DNA of 64,000 nt from Octopus sinensis (Eukaryota): positions 43,958,001 to 44,022,000 of the forward strand of contig NC_043008.1 in assembly GCF_006345805.1 (NCBI RefSeq), written 5' to 3'. A model generated the notes under the pieces. It searched no databases, was not told where the DNA came from, and was given only the letters and a program-made list of their open reading frames with translations. Positions within the stretch are counted from its first letter, which is position 1. Each line of letters begins with the position of its first letter. This document shows positions 10,480 through 23,959 of the stretch, in pieces. The position numbers and the translations under genes were made by a program.

Positions 10480-10786
10480 GTGTGTGTGTGTGTGTTGCAC
10501 CTACGTAGGAAACGCCTACTCATTAAAGCTAGAGAAATCAATTATATTTTCACGAATAAATACCTCAGAATATATTTATGAATGAGTTAAACAAAACATC
10601 TTTCCTTTTACGTGAACAGACTAACCAGTTTCGGACACACACAGCCACACAGACACAAAGGCATATATAGATATGTATATATATATAAACACATATATAC
10701 CTATATATATACATATATATTACATATACACACACACATGCACACACACACTCATACACGCACACACATGCACACACACACATAAT

Positions 10787-10863
<77 letters not shown>

Positions 10864-10865
10864 CA

Positions 10866-11400
10866 TACAAGGTGCGATGAATAAATTGTCGTCTAAATTA
10901 AAATATCTTGAAATGCTGAAGGGTAAATGTATTAAATAATATCGCCATCGGCTTCAACCACGGCCTCCACATAACATTGGAATCTCCTGCAACTCTTCTG
11001 GATGGTCTTCTTGTTTAAGTTGGTGAATGCTGCCATAATCCTTGCCTTCAGTTCATCTTTGGTATTAGAGGGGGTTTTGTTGGTCTTTTGCTCAACTGCG
11101 CCCCACGCATAATAATCAACGATGTTGCAGTCTGGGGAGTTTGTTTGCCAGAAGTTGGGGGTGGTGTGATCGAAGAAATTGTCCGACAGCCATGCCTGTG
11201 TTCCCCTGCTTGTGTGGCATGATGCAGAGACCTGTTGCCAGACATAGGGTCGTCCTGCAGCCACCCTGTTGACCCAGGGCAGCACTACCTCCTCCAGGCA
11301 CTTGATGTAGGCCTCGGTGTTGAGCGTGAGGCCGTGTGGGAAGATGGAGACATAACGTTGCCATCACTAGTGATCCCTCCAAACGCCATGATGTTGACTG
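10866..11400 (-). mobile_element. Tc1/mariner transposon 3' part, DD37D (maT-like), inactive
   Basis: VNIMAFGGITSDGNVM / FPHGLTLNTEAYIKCLEEVVLPW..WQQ(D>V)SASCH..NSPDCNIVDYYAWG; 37 residues between the 2nd and 3rd catalytic positions. TA + CAAGGTGCG TIR-like end at 10866. Confidence 0.85.
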
Positions 11401-11544
11401 AAACATGACTTCAAGTGTCGTGAAATCGTAGACATATCCATTTCAGATCTAAATAGGGATGTTGGACTCCTCATCACCCGTAACATGAACGGGCATCAGC
11501 TGATTGAACATAGGAAGGATTTTATTGTATTCTTCCAAAAGTTG

Positions 11545-11790
11545 GCAGGAATATTTTTATATATCAACTTAGATTTGCACCTTTAAGCCATATTAATCCT
11601 AATGAAAGGTTATTATCAACTAACAAGTACTCCAATCTCCCGCGCTCTGTTCTCAAAACTCTCATAAGTAATATATGCAAAAGAGTCATCAGAGGAGATA
11701 GTTTTTAACGCTGACTCCTCGTACAACAATGACGCAGTATCGAATAGCGGAATTTACGAGATATCCGATACCGTTAGTGGAAGCAATAGC
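11545..11790 (+). mobile_element. Penelope-like element RT C-terminal relic
   Basis: Frame-shifted pieces FLYINLDL, NKYSNLPRSVLKTLISNICKRV and SSEEIVFNADSSYNNDAVSNSG resemble the PLE RT C-terminal pattern (FLDxxLDL; NKxSNHPPSILKxLxxxIxKR; FNxxAPYYNxALxxSG) recalled from memory. Confidence 0.6.
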
Positions 11791-12279
11791 AGTAGAGTGG
11801 TTCTTTGTTCATCACCCGTAATGTCTTGATGGGATTTGAACTCGCAGGAGGATGGCCGGAGCTTAGTATTTTAAGCCGCACACTCTTTAACTATTCGACG
11901 TGTCTGCTCCCTTTTACAGAAAATTAGATATAATTGAATCACCTAAGGCGTGCCTTGCAAAATGCTTAGCGGCATTTCTAAAGACGATATAATCCACTTC
12001 CGTCTTCCCTCAGAATTGCTGGTATTGTGCCAAAATTAAAAAAAAATATTCTAGACTAATAGGTTTGGGTTTCCCCTAAAAGCCTGAAACGGGGGTTCGA
12101 GTCTCGACATAGAGATTGGCTTCACTTTTCTCTCTTGATTTTTTTCCTAATTATTTGTAATTAATCAAAGCTTAATTGATATCAGACTTCACTATGTCGA
12201 CATTACTGCGATGCAATTCATTAACAATTGAACCAATACACGCATACATCCTCACACACACACACACCTATATATAGAC

Positions 12280-12328
<49 letters not shown>

Positions 12329-12353
12329 ATATATATTATATATATATATATAT

Positions 12354-12392
<39 letters not shown>

Positions 12393-12401
12393 TATATATA
12401 C

Positions 12402-12447
<46 letters not shown>

Positions 12448-12983
12448 CATGTATAAATATATACATAAATATAGCTACATACATTTATGTATATATGTAT
12501 ATATAATATATATATATATAATATATATATATATATAATATATATACATATATACATATATGTATATATATATATACATATATGTGTATATTTAATTTGA
12601 TGTTAACTTAGTAATTTATAATGGATCAATTGTGTATGGTGTTATGAAAATTGTATTAATATTGCTTTTTAATATTATGGAATAATTATAGGGGTATAAA
12701 TTAAAAACACAAAACTAAACAAGACAAAGCGAGAAAGAAGTGGAAACTAACGAAGCCTAATGAATGTTAATGAATGTCGGAACGCAACGCAGAGACACGC
12801 AGAAGCAGAAAAATATATATGTGTAGGCATACGTCTACATATATTTGCGGAGACGTTTCTCAGTGTATAAACAGGTATGCATATATATATATGTCTGCCT
12901 GTTTGTGAATATATGTATGTATGCATGTATGTATGTATGTATGAATGTAAGTACGTATGTGTGTATGTATGTATGTATGTATG

Positions 12984-13018
<35 letters not shown>

Positions 13019-13233
13019 TTATGGATGTGTGGTAATATATATATATATCTGTGTTTGCATATATATATATATATATATATCTGTGTGTGCATATATATTA
13101 GGGTGGATTTCTTCGAACAAAGGCAGTGCTGCGGCATGGCCGCAGTGAAATGACTGAAACGAGTAAAAGAATAAAAGAATATATATATGCCCACATATGT
13201 AAATATCTGTGTGTGTATATATATATACACAGT

Positions 13234-13327
<94 letters not shown>

Positions 13328-13993
13328 CATATGTATGCATAATTTTATATATAATATATATGCATACATACACACACTCAAACGCACACACTTACATGTA
13401 CAAGCCACATACATTCGTACACATATATTCGTATACTACACACGCACGGACACCCGCAGTCACACACCCGGCAAATTTATGCGTCTCTGTCTAGGTTTGC
13501 GACCGTTTATTGATGTCAGACGGTAAACTTAAAGACAGAATATTATAAGAGATGTAGACAAAAGGAAACTTCTATCTCCTTGGAATATGTCCAAGTTCGA
13601 GCTCTTGGTCACTCCTTTCCAATCAGAATTATCTGGGGGAAATTTGGCATTCTGCAATTGTTTATGTTTACGATAATATTTGTTCAGTATTTCCGTGGAT
13701 ATTTTTTTTACCCGTACCTACATACGCCATCTTTTACTTTGTCTGCTCAAAAGTATCAGCCACATTACGCACGCACACAAACACACACACAAACCAACAC
13801 ACACTCATACACACTCATACACATTATATATATATGCACATATATCTTCTGTATATATATAGGTTTGTGTATCAAATTTGCAAATAATTGCGTGTATTGC
13901 TACAAAATTGTCTGTCTACAAGGTTAGTAAAGATATATATATATGTATACACACTTATATAGACACACATATATATACATACTTACACGTATA

Positions 13994-14073
<80 letters not shown>

Positions 14074-14078
14074 TATGC

Positions 14079-14110
<32 letters not shown>

Positions 14111-15208
14111 AGATAGAGAGAGAGGGAAATAGAGAGGCATAGACAGACGAGTGGATTGATAGATAGTCAGATAGATGTAACAACATGATTTATCACTTCC
14201 ATATAATCATACACCAATTATACTTCGTTGGTGAATTGATTAACAGAATAATTTTCTCTCGTCATCTCAATTGGATGGATGGTGGTTAAATGTCTGACAC
14301 CTGTGATATATCTTAGTTATACACAACTCATGCTATTTTTTTTTTTTGTTTTAATCAGTAACTTCATTGAGTATCCTAGGAGTAATTTGTAAATCGGTTT
14401 GAACTCGCTCATGCATTGTAAGGACGAAACATGTGCACCGCATCCGAACGTGCAAACAAGGGAGCAGTTGTGAACGACAGCTCAATTCATGTCATGATTT
14501 ATTATCTTTACAGATATTTATACTTATTACTTCATATCGAATGAGTATAAACAAATGAAAAGCAGATATACAAACGGGAACACAGATCCTGTAAACTTGT
14601 TTTGCAGAGTAATAAAATAGTCAATAGCTTTGTCTATAGTTTTTGTCTTGACACACACAGCTCCTAATAACGAGTAAACATATTATGGTTATATATGGTT
14701 ATAAGTTGATGAGATTTTCTCTAGTTCATAATGTTGCCTACTACTGTACGTTTCACCTGCGTTATATTATCTCAAACACAAATGTTCTCAGGCAAAACAG
14801 GAATTACAGATAATACAGTTTTACTTGAATGTAAACAAAAGACTGTTAATTTTAAAGACAATAACATCTTTGTAAAATATCATCCTGCAAGATTTGTGTT
14901 CATAACTACAATTGAATATCTTTTACTCGTTTCATTAATCGAATTGCAGCCGTGCTGTGGCAACACGTTGAAGGCTTTGTTTTCGTACAAGTAGATATCA
15001 GTACTTCAAAGTCTGGCATTTATTCCATCGAAATGTTTCGTCGAGACGTTAAGGTACTAGGAGGTAAATACAAGAACACCGGTTGTCAAGCGCTGGGAGA
15101 TGAACAGAGATATGCACACACAAACATCTGTTCTCTTACTCTATCACACACACACACACACACACGCACGCACACATAATCTGAAGCACTAGTTATTTGA
15201 TCTTCATT

Positions 15209-15210
<2 letters not shown>

Positions 15211-15300
<90 letters not shown>

Positions 15301-15322
15301 TTTATTATCATTATTATTTTTA

Positions 15323-15387
<65 letters not shown>

Positions 15388-15409
15388 TTTATTATCATTA
15401 TTATTTTTA

Positions 15410-15470
<61 letters not shown>
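15211..15470. repeat. (ATT)n microsatellite with 87-bp higher-order duplication
   Basis: The variant block TTTTTATTATCATTATTATTTTTAT occurs twice (C at 15309 and 15396). Confidence 0.95.
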
Positions 15471-15474
<4 letters not shown>

Positions 15475-16219
15475 GCATGTATAAGTATGTATATATATAT
15501 ATATATGGCCGCAGTCAAAATGACTGAAACAAGTAAAAGAATAAAAGAGTATATGGATATATATACTAGCAGGTTCCACACAGTTACCGGCTGCTAGATC
15601 TGCCCACGAACATTGGTCAGTCTGGGGCTATAGCATTATAATAGAAGACACTTATACAAGGTGAGACTTAAAGGTACTAAGACCCTTACCATGTGACTGC
15701 AAAGCGGAATTCCTAACAATAGCCATGCCTTTGCTGAGGAAATTTTTATAAACTGTCTATCCGATTGTTTCAGTAACTAGGACACAAACTTAATTTAAGA
15801 ATTACGTTTGTCTTCTAGTGCTGACAGTACAACCTGTCATTGATTTATTTCGAGAAGTGAACACTTTTATGAGGAGAGAAAATGGAATTTCATAGAACAA
15901 AATAAGAGAAGAGGGGAGAGGAACAACATCAACGACCAAAAGATCCTGGGCGTTTCAGAATGAAGTTATAAATATTTCCTTAATCGAGATTCTTCCTGAT
16001 AGCAAACTAGAACATGTATTTAGATATTTGTTGAATTATTTTATTTACAGTTTGATATCATTTAGGAAATTCCCATAATTTTTCTCGGCGTTCCAGTTGT
16101 CTTACGATAAATAGAGTAGATTGACATCGAGGTGATGTGTTCCTTATGACGTCTTAACACATCAGAGACATTGCGACATCAGAGACATATAGAAAGTGCG
16201 CGCGTGTGTGAGTGTGTAT

Positions 16220-16367
16220 GCGAGAGAGAGAGAAAGTGAGAGAGACAGAAACAAAGGAGAAGAAGGAGAGAGAGAGAGCAAGGTACAAATGATCCGAGTA
16301 AGAAAACACAAAGAGATGTATCGAATGACTGAAAAAGAGAAGAGAGGAAAAAGGGAAAATGGCAGAA

Positions 16368-16399
<32 letters not shown>

Positions 16400-16540
16400 G
16401 GAGAGAGAGAGAAACAGGGTGAAGGAAAGAGAGAGAAAGAGAGATAGAGTGCTGGAGAAAAGAAAAGAAACAAATGACGAGAACATGATTCAAACAAAGA
16501 CTGTGTGATGTACAAGATGAGAGAAAGAGAGAGAGAGAAG
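16220..16540. repeat. GA-rich polypurine tract
   Basis: Degenerate (GA)n/(GAA)n; a similar tract lies at 42850-42920. Confidence 0.9.
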
Positions 16541-17324
16541 GAGAAATATATTTGTCGTTTCATCTGACAGTATCTGTCAAATCTGTCAAGTCTCATTTCT
16601 CAAGTTTTTTTTTTATTTTCTGTTATTTTTGTTAGTTTTATGCAACACAAAAATGGACAGATAAGTGGGGGTGGGGGAGAAGGGGAGAAGGGAATACCCA
16701 GCGACACATGCTGCATGAAAATTTAATAGTAAAGTCCGTACTAATATATTTGATATTGAAAGCCAAAGAATCCAGTCGTGGCTGTGTGGTAAAGACTTTG
16801 CCTTCCAACCGCCTGGTATCGCCTTCAAGCCTACTGTGGCAAAACCTGGACGTTTATTCTATTCTAGCGTTGGGAACCTAAAGTATTTTGGCTGGTTTTG
16901 GTAGACGGAAACCACAAGAAGCTCGTTTACGTATATATCTATGTATGTGTTTAGTTGCTTATTTTCGTGTCTGATCCTATCCACCGCTTGAAAAAACCGG
17001 TGTCTACGTCATCTTAAGAATCCCGTTCCGCCGAAGAGTCGGATAAATAAAAATTCCAGACTTAAGCACTAGGATTAGATTCGTTTGAGTAAAACGCGTC
17101 AAGGCGCCGTCCAAGCATGGCTGCCCTCCAACGACTAACCCAACTAAAAGGTAGAGAAAACGTTTCGAAAAATACATGAACAGTACATAAAATATGCAGA
17201 GGAAGTGAAGAGGTAAAATACCTTGAAAATAGAAAGGACCATTACAGAAATTTTCTAACCGTTAGTCTCGTATATCCATCGAAATCTGACGAAGGTAGAA
17301 TAGTAAAACAATTATATATATACG

Positions 17325-17400
17325 CAGTAATCCCTCGACTATCGCGGGTGTTATTTTCCAAAACCCTCGCGATAGGTGAAAATCCGCGAAGTAGAGAAAA
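17325..17400 (+). mobile_element. pogo/Tigger-like element left end
   Basis: CAGTAATCCCTCGACTATCGCGG...CGCGATAGGTGAAAATCCGCGAAGTAG resembles Tigger-type TIR/subterminal sequence; the other end was not located. Confidence 0.55.
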
Positions 17401-17452
17401 TACTGCACTGTAATTTTTTAAAACTTAGTTTTATAATTTGTATATACATATA

Positions 17453-17600
17453 TACTCGAAACGTTAAAGACTTGTTTTATTATAATTCCTGAGCGCCATA
17501 CTAATACAATTGTTTGTTTGTATTCTACCTGCCTTCGTCTTTTGTTTATTTCTGTAAACATGCCTTCGTCTTTTGTCTATTTTCATAAAGCTTTCCGTTT
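17453..17600 (+). mobile_element. 3' fragment of PLE-like repeat (same family as 55390-55830)
   Basis: CTCGAAACGTTAAAGACTT..CCTGAGCG..ATACTAATAC..CTTCGTCTTTTG; other fragments at 20603-20690 (minus) and 56320-56400. Confidence 0.65.
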
Positions 17601-17607
17601 TATATAT

Positions 17608-17654
<47 letters not shown>

Positions 17655-18331
17655 AATCTCTGGGTAGCAAAAACATTTAGAAACCTTCTTTGCTACTCTT
17701 TCTAGCGAATCAGATGTCCTGTTATGGCCATTTCTTACGTGTTTAAATGTAAACTGTATGTTTATATATAGAGAGTGGAATACGCATAAAAAGTGTATTT
17801 TCGTGTACGTGGCTATTAGAATTTTGATACCAAGTCCGATATTATAACGTTCCTATTCAGATTCTGTTGAAATCTCTTGCTTTTAGTTCCACTTATATCG
17901 CTTCGTTCTTTGAAAGCGAAGCTACTCCCTTGAACTGTGATCGTCTGCAATTGTTTTGACCAATTCTAGTGCTAGTTGTAATATATAGATTCTTATAGCG
18001 CACAAATACATACAGATTCTCATACACGCAGCCGTGCAAGTATCTATGTATGTATATATATATATATTTATAAATCTATATGTACATGTTTATATATATA
18101 TACGTACACACAAACTAACAAACGCATACACACATACACATATAAATATATACATGTTTTATATGTACATACAAACACGAAAGCACAAAAATGTATGTGC
18201 ATGTATACACACACAAACATATATATATGAATGTGCTTAACATCGTATGCACACATGCACACGCATTCACATATATATACACACACACATATATATATAT
18301 ATATTCATGCATATATATATATATATATACT

Positions 18332-18407
<76 letters not shown>

Positions 18408-18774
18408 GTATGTATGTAAATGGATTTCAATGGAAAGCACTTGAACACGCGCCTTCCTAACTTACTGCAAACTTTCAGTGAGTAGTTCCACAGGAGATGT
18501 AATTAGAATCCGGTTGATGCAAGAATAGGTCAGAATCATTGAAATTACGCAACGGATGCTATCGATGCTTGCAACTAAATGTAGAGATTGTAAGTTGCAT
18601 CATCCAAACCATTCACTGGACTCTTCTCTCCTCAAAATATATTTAGAATAAAACTGAATGTTACCCTTACCATGAGAAGTAATCTGTTTCTTATCTTTTA
18701 TCCTTTGTGTTTCACTTGTTTCAAGCATTAGACTGCGGCCATGCTGGGGCATAACCTTGAACAATTTTGTAATA

Positions 18775-19080
18775 CATATATAAAGTTGTTTTATTTATAA
18801 TAGAAATATTAAAATTACTAAGTCTCTCTAAAAGAGATTACGTCAGCGTTACTGGAAATTAATTGTTATCGCCATATTAATATGGCAGTCTTATGGACAT
18901 AAGACTAAAGCTGTCGCTGATTAGATCCCTGAGGCCATCGCCTTAAGCTAGCTATTTGATACACAAACTATATCCATTATAACCTTCGAACAAGGGAGGT
19001 CAGCCGCTTCACACTGCCAGTCAGACAGCTACAGACGCGTTTCAGGGTAATTGCCCTTTGTCAATGTAGCGTAGTCAGAC
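18775..19080 (-). mobile_element. PLE pLTR-like / retrozyme-like segment hosting the hammerhead
   Basis: On the minus strand the hammerhead is followed by several perfect hairpins and then AATAAA near 18790-18800. Boundaries approximate. Confidence 0.45.
19028..19070 (-). ncRNA. Minimal type-I hammerhead ribozyme fold with U3-A8 core variant
   Basis: Minus: GCTACA TTGACAA AGGG caatta CCCT GAAA CGCG TC TGTAGC. Stem I 6 bp, stem II 4 bp, palindromic stem III ACGCGT, GUC site. Confidence 0.75.
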
Positions 19081-19719
19081 CCAGCAGGTGTCGCCACTGA
19101 TCGTTTCATTTACCTAGTTTTATTTGTTATGGAGATTGTAGTGGTGAAGGTGGGAGCAACAGCAACAGGACAATATCGACGTCTCTGTCGTTTTAACATT
19201 AAACCTTTGTTCATGTCACATGCCTCCATCACCATATCACATATCACAAACACAGTATTTGTTCACCTATCTTATTTTTATTCATTTATTTAACTCATTT
19301 CCATATTTCCCCCTTTTTATGCGAAAAATTCAAATGTTTTAAAAACGTTAACCTCACTAAACTCAGATAACGCATCGCTTCAGTCAATTAAATACCCATT
19401 ATTTTATAACGTTAAGCTATATTTTCTGAAGAGATCATTGAATTTTCACTTCATTTAACGCTTCTCGTCAACTATGAATATTTTGGGGGTATTTTGAAAT
19501 TTAATTTTCCAGTTTTTAATGTTTTAACTAATCTTCGAAAGCGTGGACAAGATATCAGAAATAGAAAGGGGTGGGTTTCAAACTTAAATTTTTTGATTTT
19601 AATATCAGGTAGCTTTTATATCGAGGTTGATATACAATGCGTTTACTAATTGTTCTCTGTAATAAAGAGGCTAACATTAAAACATTAAAACAGAGGCCGT
19701 GTGATATATACATACATAT

Positions 19720-19775
<56 letters not shown>

Positions 19776-20546
19776 ATATATATATAATATATATATATAT
19801 ATATAACATGGCTATGTGTATGTTTAATAAACATTACGCGTGTAAATTTACTCACGATGATATCTACAAACACGGTGGTTCAATATTAATGGAAATATAC
19901 ATGCGCATGTGCGTATGTGCGGATGACTGCTTGGTTATGCACACACGTACTCACATGAACACACAGTTCAGAGACATATACATATACATACATACACCCC
20001 ACCATATATATATATTTATATATACCAAAGGTTTGTAAATCCAACGGAGGCCTCAAAAGACATTTTACGAACCACAAAGATCAGAATTTTACTGCATTTC
20101 TTGATGGTTGAAATCAGATATGGAATATTTGTGGGTAATTTTTCAAAATATTGTCTGGTTTAAAAAGCCACATCAGACGCCATGATGGTGCTAAGGTGTA
20201 GGTACAGGAGGTGGTCAGACTTTGCATAAGGAGTGGACAACCACCAAATACACACACACACACACACACATACACACACACACACCCACATGTATATATA
20301 TACACAGTCAAAAATTGTGAAGCATGACTGTCACCACTACTACATGAACCTGAAGATTGCAGAATTTAATGCATGAAAGTACTAGTTCAATCAGAATGAA
20401 CATTTAACATTCTACTATTTTATTTTATTCTATTATATTATATTATCTTATAATATATCATTATAAGATTGTAAATAAAACGTGAAAATCAGACAAGGTT
20501 GGAATTCCTTTTATTAATATATTCTTCTATACACAATCACACACAC

Positions 20547-20596
<50 letters not shown>

Positions 20597-20779
20597 ATAG
20601 GGGGAGTTTACAGAAAAAAAAACAAAAGACGAAGTCAGATGGTGTACAAAACAAACATATGTATTAGAATAACGCTCAAGAATAGAACATATATGTACAA
20701 GAGTTCGAAACAAGGGGAGGTTATCAGGGATTTTTTCGGTATACAGGAGATAGTAAAAACTGTTGCGAATTATCAGGCT

Positions 20780-21130
20780 TTCTTAATTTAACATGATTTG
20801 GTTTTGATAGAACAAAATGTTAGAAATGGTAAAGTTTTGGTTTATATTTTTCAATGAGGTTTGCAATGCATTTAGAATCTGTGAGGGTTGTATCACTGAC
20901 GTTTATAACAAAGTTTGCTTTTGGCAAAATTGTTTAATATTTTCTGCTTTGAGCAAATGCTTAATTAGTATCTAAATGCATATCACCTGATCCGATAACA
21001 AATTTGATTTATTGACGTTAAAAGTAATCTGATTATGTGGATCATGAGGTTCTCAGCAAAGCATTATGTTTTTTTTCTTTTTAGACTAAAATCTAAAAAA
21101 TACCGATCCCGATTTTTGCCAACAGAATAA
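20780..21130 (-). mobile_element. Ancient LINE EN-RT linker relic
   Basis: Minus-strand peptide NVSDTTLTDSKCIANLIEKYKPKLY resembles the LINE linker pattern (D..eIan.f..yy..LY); heavily decayed. Confidence 0.35.
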
Positions 21131-22409
21131 CTGTAGAAAAGTTTCGAGCAACTTAAGGAACAGGAATATGAAACCAGAAAAAAAATTAACATATCAATTT
21201 AACAGAATATATATTGACGTCTGCAACAAGAATACCTGACAAAAGAGAGAAAAAAATGAAAATCATGAGTGCTTTCCAAAAGTTCTGTTGTACTAATACT
21301 GGACGTTTTATGAAATTCCATACCAAGTTTACCATTGTCGTTTAATGACTTTCTGTGCTTCAATCGAACATAGATCGCTTCTACTCCTCTGCCCATATAT
21401 GGAAAAGTCATTCTGATCATGGACCAAGTGAATTCATATGCGATTCTCTGAGCTCCTAGTCCAAAACCAGCTCATTCAAGTATGTAGATTAACGTTTACC
21501 TAATTTCTTCGTTTAAAATAAGCCAAACGAGCCCCGGTATAATAAGAAAGGTTCTGTATTAGTAAAAACCGTTCCCATTTAAATAATGTTGTTCCTAAGT
21601 CACCGATTCACTAGCGGACATCTAGAAAAGATTCTGAAGGGTCAGTAAAATTGTATTATATACATATGAGAGGGATAACCACTATGTGGACAACCTTATG
21701 CTAGAAGTAGATCCGCTATGGTCATACCACTAAGAAATGCTCTCAAGAAAAATTCGGCAAACAACCAAAACGTAATCGCGCAAGACAAAAGAAAAGCAGT
21801 GAAAATATGGATTATTCACATACATGTTTCACTATCAACATATTACGTAATTTTACTTACGTAAGATGTCCGTAGATCTTCGGTGTGGCCGTCCAAATGA
21901 ATATAATTTGCAGAACAGTATGCTGGGACGTCCGCACAAAGTCAGACTTGAAACAGTTCTATCCTTTTCCTTCGTTGCTACTATTCAAATGTCCTCGTTT
22001 TGGCGCGCTAAAAATTCCGGACAAAAATGATACTGCAGGAAATAATTTACTGCAGTAGCCTTTGCTGGTTAGAGAATGTATTGATGTAAATTTTAATTTA
22101 AAATGAGGTGAGAATTTTGATATTAATAATTTAATTACCATCAATTTCACATTGGTGGTCTAGCATATAAAAAAAAACTGAAGGATCAGTAAAATTATAT
22201 TTTATACATATGAGTTACAATGCAGTAAATCCTTTTTTGCAGTATCATTTTTTTCCGGTTCTGTGACAAATCCTTCGTAGCTACTAGGTTCGGCTAAAAC
22301 TAATTCCGTCCTGCAGTAACTTACAGAAACTATTTGTAGTATGACGTGTAGAAAGTGACCAGTGCCACCAAAATTTTCTCCGATATTATTGCACGTCTTA
22401 ATAACGATT

Positions 22410-22620
22410 TCAAATTTTGGCACAATGACAACAACTTTGTGGAAGGAGATGTGTCGATTACATCAACCCCAGTATTCAACTGGTACTTATTTTATCGACC
22501 ACCTAAAGGATGATAAGTAAAATCGACCTCGGTGGAATTTGAACTCAGAACATAACGACGGGCGAAATATCGCTAATCATTTCGTCCAGCGCGCTAACAA
22601 TTCTGCCAGCTCGCCGCCTT
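22410..22620 (-). mobile_element. Meta-type SINE
   Basis: Full head GGCGGCGAGCTGGCAGAAT.. and Meta body on the minus strand. Further copies at 24205-24420(+), 33180-33470(+), 34700-34810(+), 38100-38285(-), 47060-47160(-), 53115-53270(+), 63870-64000(+). Confidence 0.85.
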
Positions 22621-23376
22621 ATGACGTTCCTTAACAAATCGGTTTCATAGAAACTTTGCAGTTTTTAGCATTCCTTTAAGAACCTATAGCCCAGCTTTAT
22701 CTGTCTACAAGACAACAATGTAAAAACTACAAGGATCGATGGACTTCAAAACGCATCTAATTCAGTTTCTTTCTGTTTCGTGCTCGTGGTTTTCCTGCTG
22801 TAGACTTTTCTCTCACCCATCCGCAGCGGGCGCTATTTGCATCAGTCAGACGTTAATACACATTCCATCCGCTAAAATATCTGGCTTTGTGTGAACGTAA
22901 TAAACTAATATTTAAAAGCTGTTGGAAAATAAGTATTTGTTTATTTGTATTGGAAAATATATCTCGGAAGGAATCTCAGAAGAGAAACTAAAAATAACTG
23001 AAAGGTTAAATGCTTATTGTTATTAGTAGCAGCGGCATTAGTTGCCAAATATATGTCTTAGAGCCAAATGTCTGTTATGATGAAAAGCTTGGCACGCAGC
23101 CTTAGAAGAACTTTACAGCAAATATATTGATACATTCAGTTAGGTAACTAAGATACTTAAATTAACAAATGACATTTGAAATAAATAAATGAAGAGATAA
23201 ATAAAAACATAAATCTATTTGTAAATCAACTTCACAGTCTTTTCTATGGAACAACTTTAAAAGTTTAGATACACTGTACACACATAAATATATAACCGTT
23301 CCTAATATTTCTGTGTCGATGTTTTCATGCACACAGATACACATACAGTAACACACACACACACAGATACACATAC

Positions 23377-23424
<48 letters not shown>

Positions 23425-23745
23425 ACACACATACACGCACACACACACGCACACACAACAAACACACACACATTAATATTTGGCTTAGGCAAAGCGATAC
23501 AAGCAGCCTGGTGTTAGAACTCATTATACTTATGCTTCAGAAAAAAAGTAAACCCAGATCAAAGCATAAGAATTTGGATTATATGACAAGAGAACAAAAA
23601 ATTTTGCGATCAACTTCATTAGCTTATATGTGTTTCTGCTATAAGAGGCTGGTGTATCATATGTTAAGCTTCATCAGAGCATACATACATACATGTATAT
23701 ATAATATATATATATATATTATATATATATATATATTATATATAT

Positions 23746-23779
<34 letters not shown>

Positions 23780-23915
23780 ATATATATATAATATATTATA
23801 TATATATATATTTACAATTGAGGATAAAATCTTTATAAGAAATTATCAGTAGTTAGCGTGAAAAACCTCGTTTTCCGTTGCATGAAATTATAAGTAACTC
23901 GTAAGCAAATATATA

Positions 23916-23959
<44 letters not shown>

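Noticed and set aside
14725-14994. Ig-like fragments (VRFTC, VLLEC, AYYC)
   Set aside because: The motifs lie in different frames, splice sites are ambiguous, and the ORF end is SINE-derived.
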